Below, piece after piece: positions 21,030 through 33,189 of a DNA stretch of 64,000 bases. Numbering within the stretch: the first letter of the stretch is position 1; each line of letters begins with the position of its first letter. The position numbers and the translations under genes are program-made. The notes beneath the pieces were generated by a model. That model did not search any database. It was not told the origin of the DNA and was given only the letters and a program-made list of their open reading frames with translations. The DNA lies in the NCBI GenBank assembly GCA_963817745.1, contig CAWFPC010000004.1, positions 41,389-105,388 of the forward strand, given 5' to 3'. The stretch is from an uncultured Chloroflexia bacterium. Its GTDB lineage: Bacteria; Chloroflexota; Limnocylindria; Limnocylindrales; CSP1-4.

Positions 21030-21951
21030 TCATGCCGCGGTCTCGGCGACCCACCGGCGCGGATCACCGGCGCCGAGGTCGGTGATCCCGGCATCGATGA
21101 GGGCGCCGGCGACGAGCGTTCGGCGGTGGGCGGCGAAGGTCAGCACGTGGGCGATCATCCCGCCGTACGTGAACACCTCGGCGGGTTCGCAGAGGCGCAT
21201 CCACGAACGTGTCGTCGAGGCGACCGGAGGCGGACACGTCGCGGACGTGGGCGAGGTACGTCGGTCCCTCGACGGCGAGGCGGCGCCGCATCGAACCGAC
21301 CGTCTCGCCCTGCTCCACGGACCAATCGTAGTCGCGACTGGCCATCGCGGCGTTCCACATCCCGAGCTGTCCGACGAGACGTGACAGGAGCGACCGCAGC
21401 GTCGGGTCGTCGTCGACACCCTCGACCGAGATCACGATCGGCGTGTCGAGGACCTCGTCGCTGAGGCGTTCGGCACGGGCGACCATCTCGCCCGTGAGCC
21501 AGACGTGGTGTTCGACCATCCTGACCAAGAGATCCATCGAAGTCTCCTTCGTTCGAGCCGGCAGCCGAAGGCCGCCCGGCGGATGGAAGTGGACGTCGCT
21601 CGGTGCTTCGATCTGGGTCTGCGTCGGGCGGCGGCGCCAGCGGTCCGGACCGGTGCCGTACGCCCTGGCGAAGGCCCGCGAGAAGGCCTCGTTCGAGCCG
21701 TAGCCGGCCTCGACGGCGATGTCGAGGATGCCGTGGTCCGTGGTCACGAGGCGATACGCGGCCCGCTCCAGGAGGATGCGGCGGCGGAACGTGGTCGGTG
21801 GCTCGCCGGCGACCGACGAGATGATCCGATCGAAGTGGTACCGCGACAGGTACAGACGCGCCGCCAGGTCTCCGCCCGTGGTCTCGTGATCGTCGAGGGC
21901 ATCGGCCAGGACGTCCACGAAGGCGACGAACGTGTCGGTGGCAGTGGTCAT
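21030..21951 (-). pseudogene. AraC-family transcriptional regulator with a DinB-like C-terminal domain; one frame switch near 21190
   Basis: HTH region LSRYHFDRIISSVAGEPPTTFRRRILLERAAYRL...AVEAGYGSNEAFSRAF. The C-terminal tail EVFTYGGMIAHVLTFAAHRR is in ORF 21030..21419. Confidence 0.75.
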
Positions 21952-22003
21952 GCCACGATCCTGCCCGACCCGGTCGTCCCGCGACTTGATCGGGTTTGCT
22001 GAA

Positions 22004-22873
22004 TCACGTCCAGGCGCCGTCCCAGACCAGCTCCTCGGCCGCGAACACCGGGCCCTCGCGACAGACCCGCTGCGGCGTGCCGGTCACGCTCATGACGACG
22101 CACCCCAGGCAGGCACCCACCGCGCAGCCCATGTTCTGTTCCATCGAGACCTGGAGGAAGGCCTTGCGACGGGCGGCCGGCGACCCGATCGGGTCGGCCT
22201 TGCCGGCGCCGCGCTTCCGCCCGAGCCGCGCCACGCCAAGGCGGCCGCGCCGGCCCTCCGCCTGCCTGGCGAGCGCCGCGAGCATCCCGGCGGGACCGCA
22301 CGCGAACGCCTGGTCGGCCCAGCCCTCGTAGTCGCCGACGAGATCCGTCACGTAGCCGTGATGCCCCATCGAGCCGTCGTCCGTGGCGACGACGTACTCG
22401 ACCTCGTCGGGCAGCAGGTTCGAGGGGTACACCTCCCGGGCGCTTGCCGCGCCGAACAGCAGGGTGACCTGGCGACCGTCGCGGATCGCCTCGTCGGCCA
22501 GCATCCGGACACCGGCCATGCCGAGCCCACCGGCGACGAGCAGCAGGTGGCGGCTGCGGCTGTCGACCTCGAAGGGGCGGCCGAGCGGTCCGAGCAGGTC
22601 GACGGCGTCGCCCTCGCGCAGCCGCGTGAACCATTCGGTGCCTCGCCCGATCACGCGGAAATGGATCGTGATCACGCCGGTCGCGACGTCCGCCGTGTTG
22701 ATCGAGAACGGGCGGCGCAGGACCATGCCCGAGAGGTCGCCGGTCCGCATGTGCACGAACTGACCGGCCCGCGAGCCGGTCGCGAGATGGGGCGCGTGGT
22801 ACGCCTGGAGCCATTGGCCCGGCAGGATCTCCCGGCTCTCGACGAGCTCCGCCGCGGCGAGCCGCATCGTCAC
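22004..22873 (-). CDS. pyrK: dihydroorotate dehydrogenase electron-transfer subunit (FAD/[2Fe-2S])
   Basis: RPFSI flavin-binding motif, LLVAGGLGMAG, and a C-terminal Cys cluster MGCAVGACLGCV...RVCREGPVF. Confidence 0.9.
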   Translation of the reverse strand: MTMRLAAAELVESREILPGQWLQAYHAPHLATGSRAGQFVHMRTGDLSGMVLRRPFSINTADVATGVITIHFRVIGRGTEWFTRLREGDAVDLLGPLGRPFEVDSRSRHLLLVAGGLGMAGVRMLADEAIRDGRQVTLLFGAASAREVYPSNLLPDEVEYVVATDDGSMGHHGYVTDLVGDYEGWADQAFACGPAGMLAALARQAEGRRGRLGVARLGRKRGAGKADPIGSPAARRKAFLQVSMEQNMGCAVGACLGCVVMSVTGTPQRVCREGPVFAAEELVWDGAWT

Positions 22874-23847
22874 GCGGTCGGCCGGCCCTCCGCGCCCTCA
22901 GCATCCTCGCGCTCGTCGAGGACGACGTCCTCGACATCCTCCACGTCCTCGACATCCTCGGTGCTCGCCACGACCGTGCCGCCGTCGCCGCCAGCGGCGC
23001 CGTCGTCGGGCGCCCCGACGTACTCGGGAGCGACCGCCGGGAAGGCCTCGGCGAGCGCATCGGCGAGATCGCCGAACACGTCGGTCGGGTCGTAGAACTC
23101 CACGAGCTCGGCGGCACCGGTGAGGGTCCGCCATTCGCCGTCGGCCTCCTCGGGGATGACCTCGGCACGGAACTCGCCGGACGCGGACAGGATCAGGCGC
23201 TCGTCGTCGTCGTCGACGATCACGAGCTCGCCGAGCAGGCCGGCCGCTCCGGCCGCGGCACCCTCGAACTCGTCGAGGAGGCGCGCCTCGCTGCGCTGGC
23301 TGCGTTCCTGGTACTCGAGGGCGAGGTCGTACAGCCGGCGGGCCGCCGCCTCGTCGTCGTCGAGCGGGACGGCCGCGGGCTGGCCGGCGGCCCAGGAGTC
23401 GGCCGCGGCGGCGTACGGATCCTCGCCGAGCGTCACGGTCTCCTCGGGCGAGATCCCGGCCGCGTCGAGCAGGTCGCCCTCCGCGGTCGGCTCCTCGGCG
23501 AGACCGGCGGCCTCGCGCGCGGCTTCGGCGAACGCGGCATACACGTCGGCCGGGTTGTAGAGCTCGACGAGCTCGGCGGCCGTCTCGATCACCTCGGTCT
23601 CGCTGATCCACTCGCCGGTGATCGTGTCCTGGTACCGGCTGCGGCTGCGGAAGGACAGGTCGGGCGCGATCGACAGGTAATCCGGCTCCTCATCGATGAG
23701 CGTCAGGCCGCCGATCGTCGCGATCCGCTCCTTGTGGTGATCGAGGAAGCGACGAAGCTGGTCGGTCGACTGCACGAGGAAGTCGGAACGCTCGAGGGCG
23801 GCGTCGGATGCGAGCTCCCCGAGCAGGTCGTTGCGGCCTGTGTCCAT
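22870..23847 (-). CDS. hypothetical highly acidic protein with an internal duplication and an (EDV)4 repeat
   Basis: Intact 325-aa ORF. Its stop overlaps the pyrK start (4-nt overlap at 22870-22873). It contains two related modules (GEWISETEVIETAAELVELYNPADVYAAFAEAA and GEWRTLTGAAELVEFYDPTDVFGDLADALAEA). No family recognised. Confidence 0.6.
   Translation of the reverse strand: MDTGRNDLLGELASDAALERSDFLVQSTDQLRRFLDHHKERIATIGGLTLIDEEPDYLSIAPDLSFRSRSRYQDTITGEWISETEVIETAAELVELYNPADVYAAFAEAAREAAGLAEEPTAEGDLLDAAGISPEETVTLGEDPYAAAADSWAAGQPAAVPLDDDEAAARRLYDLALEYQERSQRSEARLLDEFEGAAAGAAGLLGELVIVDDDDERLILSASGEFRAEVIPEEADGEWRTLTGAAELVEFYDPTDVFGDLADALAEAFPAVAPEYVGAPDDGAAGGDGGTVVASTEDVEDVEDVEDVVLDEREDAEGAEGRPTA
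22924..22959. repeat. 4 x 9-bp in-frame tandem repeat encoding (EDV)4 near the C-terminus of the acidic protein
   Basis: The minus strand reads GAGGATGTC GAGGACGTG GAGGATGTC GAGGACGTC. Confidence 0.7.
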
Positions 23848-23884
23848 GGTTCGCCTCCGTCGCGTCGGGGTGTGGGTCGGTGGG

Positions 23885-24262
23885 TCAGGGATGGTATTCG
23901 AGATCGGTGCCCATGCGCTCGCGCAGGAACATCGAATGGTGGCGTTCGAAGATCCATTCGCCGGCGCGATGACCGAGGGCGCGGGTCGCTTCGTCGGCCT
24001 CGAGCTTGTCGAGTGTGGCGTAATCGGGGAGATCGAGGAGGATCACGTTGTCGAAGTCCCAGCCGTGGGCGACGTTGTACCAGCCGATGAAGCGGATCCC
24101 GAACTTCTCCTCGTAGTCCTTCACCTGGCGCGGGAAGATCGTGCGCATGAAGAACTTGAAGAACGGGTCGCGGCCTCGCCGGACGGAGAAATAGGTCGCC
24201 AGCACGGGCACGGGCGGCGCAAGCCTCCTGCGTTGTTGGACCGTTGCGATGTCGGCGGCCAT
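23885..24262 (-). CDS. hypothetical protein (small alpha+beta, NIPSNAP/dimeric alpha-beta-barrel-like?)
   Basis: Internal ATG at 24262 (MAADIATVQQ...). The conserved-looking core is FIGWYNVAHGWDFDNVILLDLPDYATLDKL. The fold guess is weak. Confidence 0.5.
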   Translation of the reverse strand: MAADIATVQQRRRLAPPVPVLATYFSVRRGRDPFFKFFMRTIFPRQVKDYEEKFGIRFIGWYNVAHGWDFDNVILLDLPDYATLDKLEADEATRALGHRAGEWIFERHHSMFLRERMGTDLEYHP

Positions 24263-24329
24263 TGTCGCACGGGGCCTCCCGCGCGACCGGTCCGTGCGGG
24301 CCGCGACGATCGACGCGCCGAGCAGCGGG

Positions 24330-24755
24330 TCAGCGCTCGGGCGGCTCCGATCCCGGCTCGTCGATCGACGACGCCGCCTCGGCCTCACCGCCGTCGTCCT
24401 GCGCCGAATCCTCGAGCTCGCCGACCGTCTTCGTGGCGCTCCCCAGCGGGCGTCGGCGGCCCCGGCGATCGGCGGCGACGAGCCGCAGCAGGAAGATGAT
24501 CGTCTGCCCCGTCACGAGCAGCAGGAAGATCACGATGAACAGCAGGGCGGCGCTGACGGCCGGTGGCCAGTTCCAGACGACGCTCAGTGGCGTGAGGACG
24601 ATCAGGACGACCAGCACGACGACCTGGAACCGGAAACACCCCAGGCCGGGTCCGCGCTCCGCGTCGAGGTCCTCGCCCTTGTACTGGATCGGGCCGCTGG
24701 CGCGCGGGCGGCGCGGCGGCGTCGGGTCCGCGTTCGGATCCGCCCAGGGGACCAC
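24330..24755 (-). CDS. hypothetical membrane protein; probably extends upstream into a DPTD-repeat N-terminus
   Basis: Two TM helices (FQVVVLVVLIVLTPLSVVW and ALLFIVIFLLLVTGQTIIFLL) and an acidic tail. The upstream repeat region 24785-24895 encodes (D)DPT(D) units in a neighbouring frame, beginning at GTG ~24894. Confidence 0.5.
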   Translation of the reverse strand: MVPWADPNADPTPPRRPRASGPIQYKGEDLDAERGPGLGCFRFQVVVLVVLIVLTPLSVVWNWPPAVSAALLFIVIFLLLVTGQTIIFLLRLVAADRRGRRRPLGSATKTVGELEDSAQDDGGEAEAASSIDEPGSEPPER

Positions 24756-24784
24756 GGGTGGCGGGTCCGCCGACGGGGCGGTCG

Positions 24785-24895
24785 CCGGGTCGGTCGGGTC
24801 GTCGGTCGGGTCGTCGGTCGGGTCGTGGTCGGGTCGTGGGGTCGGTCGGGTCGTCGGCGCGCGTCGGATCGTGGCGGGTCGGGTCGTCGGTCACG
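24785..24895. repeat. imperfect tandem repeat (GGTCGGTCGGGTCGTC-like units) encoding a (D)DPT(D)-rich segment on the minus strand
   Basis: Read directly: gggtcggtcgggtcgtcggtcgggtcgtcggtcgggtcgtggtcgggtcgtggggtcggtcgggtcgtcgg... Confidence 0.6.
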
Positions 24896-24930
24896 AGGCG
24901 CAACGATACGAGAGACGGGCGCCGACCGCT

Positions 24931-25399
24931 CTAGCGCGCATCGAGCCGGAGGATGTCCTCCTCGATCCCATCGACGGCGGCGACGTCGACCACGACGAAC
25001 CCGCACTTCTCCAGCACGCGGCGCGACCCGATGTTGTGGCGGGCGACGTGGGCGTACAGCGGCCGTTCGTCGACCTCCACGAGCAACGCGGCGAGTGCCC
25101 GCGTCGCGATCCCGCGGCCCCAGAACTCGCGACCCAGCCAGTACCCGACATCGCGCTCCTCGGGCGGCCCCCAGCAGAGCACGTTGCCCGCCACCGCGCC
25201 GTCCGCGACGATCGTCCGGGCGATGTTGGTGGCATCCGTCGGGAAGGGCGGCCCAATGCGCCATGAACGACTCCCGATCCCGGATCGGGAACGCGGCCAT
25301 CGCGGAGGCCTCCGGATCCAGCTGCTGCTCGTAGAAGATGGGCAGGTCGGCGTCCTCGACCGCCCGCAGCTCGACCGTGACCGGCGCCTGGTCCGTCAC
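24931..25399 (-). pseudogene. GNAT family N-acetyltransferase; one frame switch near 25250
   Basis: The GTG start overlaps the upstream stop (GTGA). N-terminus VELRAVEDADLPIFYEQQLDP. The C-terminal half is in ORF 24931..25194 (YWLGREFWGRGIATRALAALL...NIGSRRVLEKCGF). Confidence 0.7.
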
Positions 25400-25924
25400 T
25401 CGGGCGGGCGCGGCTCGGTCGCCAGGTCCTGCACGACCTCGACGCCCGGGAGGGCACGCAGGATCTCGGGCGAGGCGATGACCTTCCACGATCGCGATCC
25501 GCCGCCGAGCACGATCGCACTCGCGCTCCATGACCCGGGCATCGACCCAGATCGGCAAGCCGGCCGGCAGGCCGAACACCGTCACCCCGCCGATCTCCAT
25601 CCCGGTGATCGCCCTCGTGTCCTCGGCCGGCGCGAACGATGCCTTGCGTGTCCCGAGTCGATCGCGCACGACGCGATTGACGTCGAGCCGATTCGGCGAC
25701 AGCACGACGCAGGCGGCATGGACCGGCGGCTGGCTCTTGCCGACCACGAGGATCGTGTTGGCCGAGTCCTCGGGGGCGAACCCGTAGGCCGCGCAGAACG
25801 CGGCCGTGTCGGCGAGGGCCGGGTCGCAGGCGAACAGCTCGTACGCCAGGCCGATATCGCCGAGCGCCGCGATGAGTCGATCGCGGCCCGCCGGATCGTG
25901 GTCCAGGGTGGGGTCGGTGGTCAT
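25396..25924 (-). pseudogene. YbaK/EbsC/ProX-like aminoacyl-tRNA deacylase domain protein; one frame switch near 25510
   Basis: ANTILVVGKS...AACVVLSPNRLDVN...AITGMEIGGVTVFGLP, then a shifted tail IVLGGGSRSWKVIASPEIL. Confidence 0.7.
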
Positions 25925-26043
25925 GCGCGGAAGCGTACGACGCGGGAGGTCGGTGGCGATGGCCGCGTGGCGAGACCCCCGAACGACCGCGCGACACGGG
26001 ACATCCGCGCGTGCCGGCTGCGCGACGCTACCATCGCCCGACG

Positions 26044-27697
26044 ATGACCGACCGCCCGTCCACCGACCCGACGCACAGCCCGACGGCCCCGGCCGACATC
26101 GACGCGTACCTCGCGCGCTTCGACTGGCACCCGGAGCCCGAGCTCATCGGCTACCGCGACGAGGGTGCCTCACGGGCGCCGCTGGCCGCGCTCGGCCAGG
26201 AGACCTGGGCGGCCGCGCTCGAGTTCGTGTACGGCACCGCGGTCGCAGCGCGCGATGGGCGATCCAGGGCCGTATGCCGACGCGCGGCAGCGGTTACTAC
26301 GCCTCCGATCCGGCCGGCCCGCGGACCGGACCGGGTCCCGCGCCGTCGCGACCCCGCGCCCGCCACCTACGTCATCGGCGAGTTCCGCGACCGTCTCTCG
26401 GGCGGCCTCATGAACTCGCAGCATCCGCGCCAGTTCGGCTACTTCACGCCGCCGCCCCTGCCGATGTCGATCATGGGCGAGCTCCTCGCGCAGGTCGCCA
26501 ACCAGGGCGTCGACGTGTGGCACGCGGGTCCGTTCGCCGCGTTCGTCGAGGAGGAGGTCGTCCGCTGGCTGTGCGACCTCGTCGGCTACGGCGACGGTTC
26601 GTTCGGGTTGCTCACGAGCGGCGGCGTCATGGCCAACTTCATGGGCATGACGCTGGCACGCGACCTCCACCTCGCCGCGGTCCGCGGCCTCGATCGCGCC
26701 CCGCGCGGGCGCGACCTCGAGGGCGCCCGCGTCTACACGAGCGACCAGTCGCACTTCAGCGTCGCGCGCGCGCTCGACGAGCTCGGGTTCCCGGCGGGCA
26801 CGCTCGCCGTCCTCCCGGCCGATGACGCATTCCACCTGCGTGGCGCGTCGGTCGCCGCCGCGGTCGCCGCCGACCGCGCGGCGGGCCTGACCCCGTTCGC
26901 GATCGCGGCCGTCGCGGGGTCCACGAACACGGGCTCGGTCGATGCGATCGGCGAGCTGGCGGACGTGGCGGCCGCCGAGGACCTGTGGCTCCACGTCGAT
27001 GCCGCGTACGGCGGTGCGGCGCGGCTCTCGGAGCGCGACGCCGGGCGCGTGCCGGACCTCGAGCGCGCCGACTCCGTCACGGTCGACCCGCACAAGTGGT
27101 TCTTCCAGGCCTACGACATCGGCGGCCTGCTGGTCCGCGACGGACGATCGCTGGCGGCGGTGTTCGGCGGTCGATCGCCCGAGTACTACCGCGGCGGCGA
27201 GACGTCGGCGGCCGACCGCGCCGACGCCCGACTACCTGCGCGACGGGGACGGCGACGAGCACGCCGATCAGCTCAACTTCTACAAGCTCGGCTTCGAGGG
27301 CACGCGCCGCTGGCGCGCGCTCAAGCTGTGGATGACGTGGAAGCACCTCGGGACCACGCGGCTTCGGGCGGCTGATCGAGGCCAACGACGACCTCGCCGC
27401 CTACCTCGCGGCACGGTGTGCGCCGAGGCGGACGACTTCGAGGCGCTCCCCGCCGTGCCCGAGCTGTCGGTCGTCTGCTTCCGGCACGGGACGCCGCGCG
27501 GCGGCGCTCCGCGGCCGCGGCGCTCGACGCGCACCAGGACTCGGCTCCAGGTCGCCCTCGAGGAGTCGGGCGACGGCTGGCTGACGACGACCCGCCTGCG
27601 TGACGCGACATGGCTCCGGGCCGGGATCGTCAACTACCTCTCGACCGAGGACGACATCGATCGCCTGCTCGATCTCCTGCGGGCGCTGGCGGACTGA
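26044..27697 (+). pseudogene. group II pyridoxal-dependent decarboxylase (aromatic amino acid/DABA/glutamate decarboxylase family); at least 3 frame switches
   Basis: LTSGGVMANFMGM, HVDAAYGG and SVTVDPHKWFFQ (PLP lysine) are in ORF 26011..27375. The C-terminus NFYKLGFEGTRRWRALKLWMTWKHLG...LSVVCFRH...WLTTTRL is in ORF 26942..27697, with a further shift. Confidence 0.8.
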
Positions 27698-27744
27698 GCG
27701 CTGGTCGCTGCGTCGCGGCCGGGATCGCCTGATCCGGCCGCCGC

Positions 27745-28149
27745 TCAGCGGTCGTGCAGCATCCCCCCGACGTGCTGGAGGAGCTTCCAGGCGACCTCGG
27801 CGTCGCCGCGGACGAAGGACCGGAAGTCCCACATCGTCATGACGAGGGCACTCGAGGTCCGTGGTGGCGGTCACGGTCGCCGTGCGGACCCGGTCGCTGA
27901 TGAGCGCGACCTCGCCGAAGTAGTCGCCCGGACCGACCGTCCCGACCTGCTTGCCGTCGACGGTCACGGTGCCCTCGCCCGTCGGCGACGACGAAGAAGC
28001 CCGACCCCGCGGTCGTCGCCCTCGCGCACGACCACCGACCCGCCGGGAAGGTGCGCGAGGCGAAGTCACGCGAGAGCTTCTCGAGCTCCTTGCGGCTGAG
28101 CCCCGAGAGCAGGGGCACCTTGGCCAACAGATCCGCGGTGCTCGCTCAT
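27745..28149 (-). pseudogene. stand-alone cyclic-nucleotide-binding domain protein; at least 5 frame switches in ~400 bp
   Basis: Reconstructed reading: LLAKVPLLSGLSRKELEKL...FFVVADG-GTVTVDGKQVGTVGPGDYFGEVALISDRVRTATVTATTDLEC-LVMTMWDFRSF. The pieces are in ORFs 27837..28127 and 27401..28351 and the third frame. Confidence 0.65.
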
Positions 28150-28208
28150 CAGCACGCTCCTTCCTGTCTGCACCTGGCGCCACCCGCTCGAGTACGGCCT
28201 GATCCGCA

Positions 28209-29470
28209 CTATGACGCCGATCGAGAACGGGCCGCCAGTCGGTCCTGCAGGCGCAACACCTCGCCGGCGAACGGCAGGAACCACGGCCGCCCCTCGTACG
28301 GCGCCGGGACGAGCGGGAATCGCAGCTGTGCCAGGGCCGGCGCCGGGCCACCGGCCAGCCACTCCCCCACCCGCGTCCCGAGGTTGGTCATGAGCGCGAC
28401 ACCCGTCCCGCAGCAGCCCATCGCGTACGTCACGCCGTCCTTCGTCCGCCCGACGTGCGGCATCCGATCGAACGTGAACCCGACGTTCCCGCCCCACGCG
28501 TACTCGATCCGGTGACCGGCCATCTGCGGGTGCACCTCGAGCAGGCCGCGCCACAGGATCTCCGCGGTGTGATCGATCGACGTCGGCAGGAACGATGCCC
28601 GTCCGCCGAAGATCATCCGGCGATCGGTCGACACGTGCCAGTAGTACAGGAAGTTCTTCGTGTCGAAGAACGAGCGGCCCTTCGGTGACAGCTCGCGTGC
28701 CAGCTCCTCGGGGAGTGGCTCGGACGCGATGATGTACGACCCGATCGGGATGATCCGGCGGCGCAGATGACGGCACGACGCCGTCGGTGTAGCCGTTCGT
28801 GGCGACGAAGACGTCACGGGCCAGGATCGCGCCACGCGATCGTCTCGACGACGAACCGGCCGTCGGCCTGGCGCCGGATCTTCTGCGCGCGGACGCCCTC
28901 GTGCAGGTCGGCGCCGGCACGATCGGCCGCTGCGGCGAGGCCGCCGAAGTAGCGACCCGGATGGATCAGGGCACTGCCCTCGACGGCGAGCGCCCCGTAG
29001 TACGCATCGGTGCCGATCTCCTCGCGGATGCGCTCGCGTGGCACGACCGTCGAGCTGACGCCGACCGAGGCGAGGCTCTCGCGGGCGTGCTCCAGCTCCG
29101 GCACGTGCGAGGGCGCGTAGGCGAGCTCGAGGTGGCCGACCTCCCGGAAGTCGCAATCGATCGCCTCGTCGGCGATCAGGCGCTTGACCAGGTCGTACGA
29201 GTCGAGCGTCTCGCGGTAGAGCGCCTTGCCGGTGTCCTGGCCGTAGCGCTTGATGAGCTCGCGGGCGCTCCACTTGTAGCCGGCGTGGACGATGCCGCCG
29301 TTGCGCGTCGAGGCGCCCCAGCCCAGCGTGTGCGCCTCGAGAAGCGTGACCGCGACGCCACGCGTCGCGAGCTCGCGCGCGGCGTTGATCCCGGCGTATC
29401 CGCCACCGACGACGACGACATCGGTGGCGTCCGGCAGCTCGCGACCCGCTCGGTCCGGCAGCGCGGGCAT
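28209..29470 (-). pseudogene. FAD-dependent oxidoreductase (DAO family; gamma-glutamylputrescine/amine-oxidase-like); at least 2 frame switches near 28770-28830
   Basis: The N-terminal dinucleotide fold DVVVVGGGYAGINAARELA is in ORF 28814..29470. The middle piece VFVATNGYTDG is in ORF 28066..28920. The C-terminal part IPIGSYIIASEPL...WGGNVGFTFDRMPHVG is in ORF 28209..29555. Confidence 0.75.
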
Positions 29471-29714
29471 CGACGCCTGCCAGAACGAGCGGCGCTCGTA
29501 GTCGCCGTTGAGCGGCGTCCGGCCTGGCCATCACCGGGGAGCGTATCCGAGCCACGAGCGGATGGCATGGCGTCCCGGTGGCCGGGCGGCGGATCGAGCG
29601 GGTCCCGGCGGCGGCGCGGGCGGCGCGACAGGCGAATCAGAGACGCCGCTCCCGGGTGATCCGGGGCGGCGTCGTCGTGCGAGGAGTCGCGGGCTCGATC
29701 GGCCTATCGGCGTC

Positions 29715-29917
29715 CTAGGAGGTCGGGATGACCAGTCCGGCTCGGGAAGGATCACGCGCTGGGCGGTCTCGCCGGTCGTCTTCGCGATCTCCGCGTAGAA
29801 GCGGGCCTTCCGATGCGACACGATCCGGGCGTCCTGGCACGGGCACCCGGCGACCAGGCAACCCTGCCGACGGATGCTTCCGTGCTTCGGGATCGGTCTG
29901 GTGTCACTGACGTCCAT
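29715..29917 (-). CDS. hypothetical small Cys-containing protein (~66 aa); the 3' end depends on a probable 1-nt shift near 29745
   Basis: ATG at 29917 (MDVSDTRPIPKHGSIRRQGCLVAGCPCQDARIVSHRKARFYAEIAKTTGETAQRVILPEP). Third-position GC is high up to ~29745. It then stays high only in the adjacent frame, which ends LVIPTS-TAG at 29715. Confidence 0.35.
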
Positions 29918-30063
29918 GTTCGTGGCTCCTGCGTCCAAGCTGGGTGACGCGATGTGATCGAGATGGTGGTCTTGCCACTGGTACGACTGAGACGCCGTAC
30001 TGGACGAATCGCACGCATCGCATGTCGGGCGAGCGACACTTGCGGCTCGCCGATCGCCTCGGG

Positions 30064-31460
30064 TCAGGCGTCCGGCGCCTCGTAGGCCACCCGGCCGGCG
30101 GCCATCGTGAGCAGCACCCGGCCCGGCAGCTCCATCCCGAGCAGCGGCGTGTTCTTGCCGCGCGACGCGAGGCCATCGGCCGTCACCGTCCAGCGCTCGG
30201 CGCGATCGAAGACGACCAGGTCGGCGGGGGCACCCTCCACGAGACCCACGGGCCGCCCGCCGCGTCCGCGTGCCCAGGAGCGCGGCCGGCCCGGTGGTGA
30301 GCGCGGCGATGGCCCGCGCCAGCGTGAGGTGGCCGGCATCGACCGCCGCGAGCACCAGCCCCAGCGCCGTCTCGATCCCACTGATGCCGTTCGCCGCGAG
30401 CCCGAACTCGACCGCCTTGTCGACCTCGGTGTGCGGCGCATGGTCGGTCGCGATCGCATCGGCCGTGCCATCTGCCAGGGCGGCCAGGCAGGCCATCGCG
30501 TCCTCGGCGCAGCGAAGCGGCGGATTGACGCGGAGTGACGTCGCGTACGGCGCCGCCACGAGCGCCCCGTCGGCCCACGGGTCGCGGGCGTCGCCGTGGT
30601 CCGCATCCACGGCCTCCCATGCCCAGCGACGGGCGCCGGCCACCCACTCGTCCGACAGGGCGAGGTGGTGCGGCGTGACGTCGCACGTCACGGGCAGGCC
30701 ACGCGCCTTGGCCAGGCGGATCAGGTCCAGCGACACGCCGGTCGAGACATGCGTGAGGTGCAACCGAGCCCCCGGCACGTCCACCACCACGTCGCCGAGC
30801 ATCGCCAGCGCGCGGGCCGACCGCGGTGAACTCGGCGGCGACGGGCCAGCCGCGCAGCCCCAGCACCGTCGCGACCGGGCCTTCGCCCGCCTCGGCGCCC
30901 TCGGTCAGGCCGGTGTCCTCCGCGTGCTCCACGATCGGCAGGCCCGAGCGCTCCGGCGTACGCAAGCGCGTTCCGCAGCAACGCCACCGACCGAACGGGC
31001 GACCCGTCGTCGGAGAACCCGACGACCCCCGCATCGGCGAGCTCCCCGAGCGCGGCCAGCGTCTCCCCTGCCCGCCCGGCCGTCACGGCCCCGTGCGCGA
31101 GCAGCTCGAGCGGCGAGCCGGACGCCACAGCCGCGGCACGGATCTGCGACAGGACGCCGCGGCTCGTCGAGCGCCGGGGTCGTGTTGGGCATCGCGCAGA
31201 CCGTCGTGAACCCGCCGTGCGCGGCCGCTGCCAGCCCGGACGCGACCGTCTCGGCATCCTCGTTCCCCGGCTCGCGCAGGTGCGCGTGAAGATCGATGAA
31301 CCCGGGTGCGACGACGACGCCGGACGAGTCGATCCCGTCGGCGTCGGCGCCGTCGAGCCAGGTCACGGCCTCGAGGATCCCGTCGCGGACGACGATCTCG
31401 CCCGGACCCTCGCGGTCGCTCGCGGGATCCACGAGCCACGCGCGGCCGATGTCGAGGTCG

Positions 31461-31464
<4 letters not shown>
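30064..31464 (-). pseudogene. pyrC: dihydroorotase; at least 5 frame switches
   Basis: [13 protein letters not shown]...[12 protein letters not shown] (ORF 30905..32518), GFSDDG (ORF 30721..31257), LPIVEHAED (ORF 30183..31034), LHLTHVST...TCDVTPHHL...IATDHAPH (ORF 29531..30802) and ADLVVFD...NTPLLGMELPGRV (ORF 30064..30606). Confidence 0.8.

Positions 31465-33189
<1,725 letters not shown>

Noticed and set aside
29728-29910. A plus-strand 60-aa ORF with a textbook Shine-Dalgarno (AGGAGG, 5 nt, ATG).
   Set aside because: The product is Arg/Ser/Gly-rich with low third-position GC. It lies antisense to a better-scoring minus-strand ORF, and the AGGAGG is the reverse complement of that ORF's ...ACC TCC TAG end.
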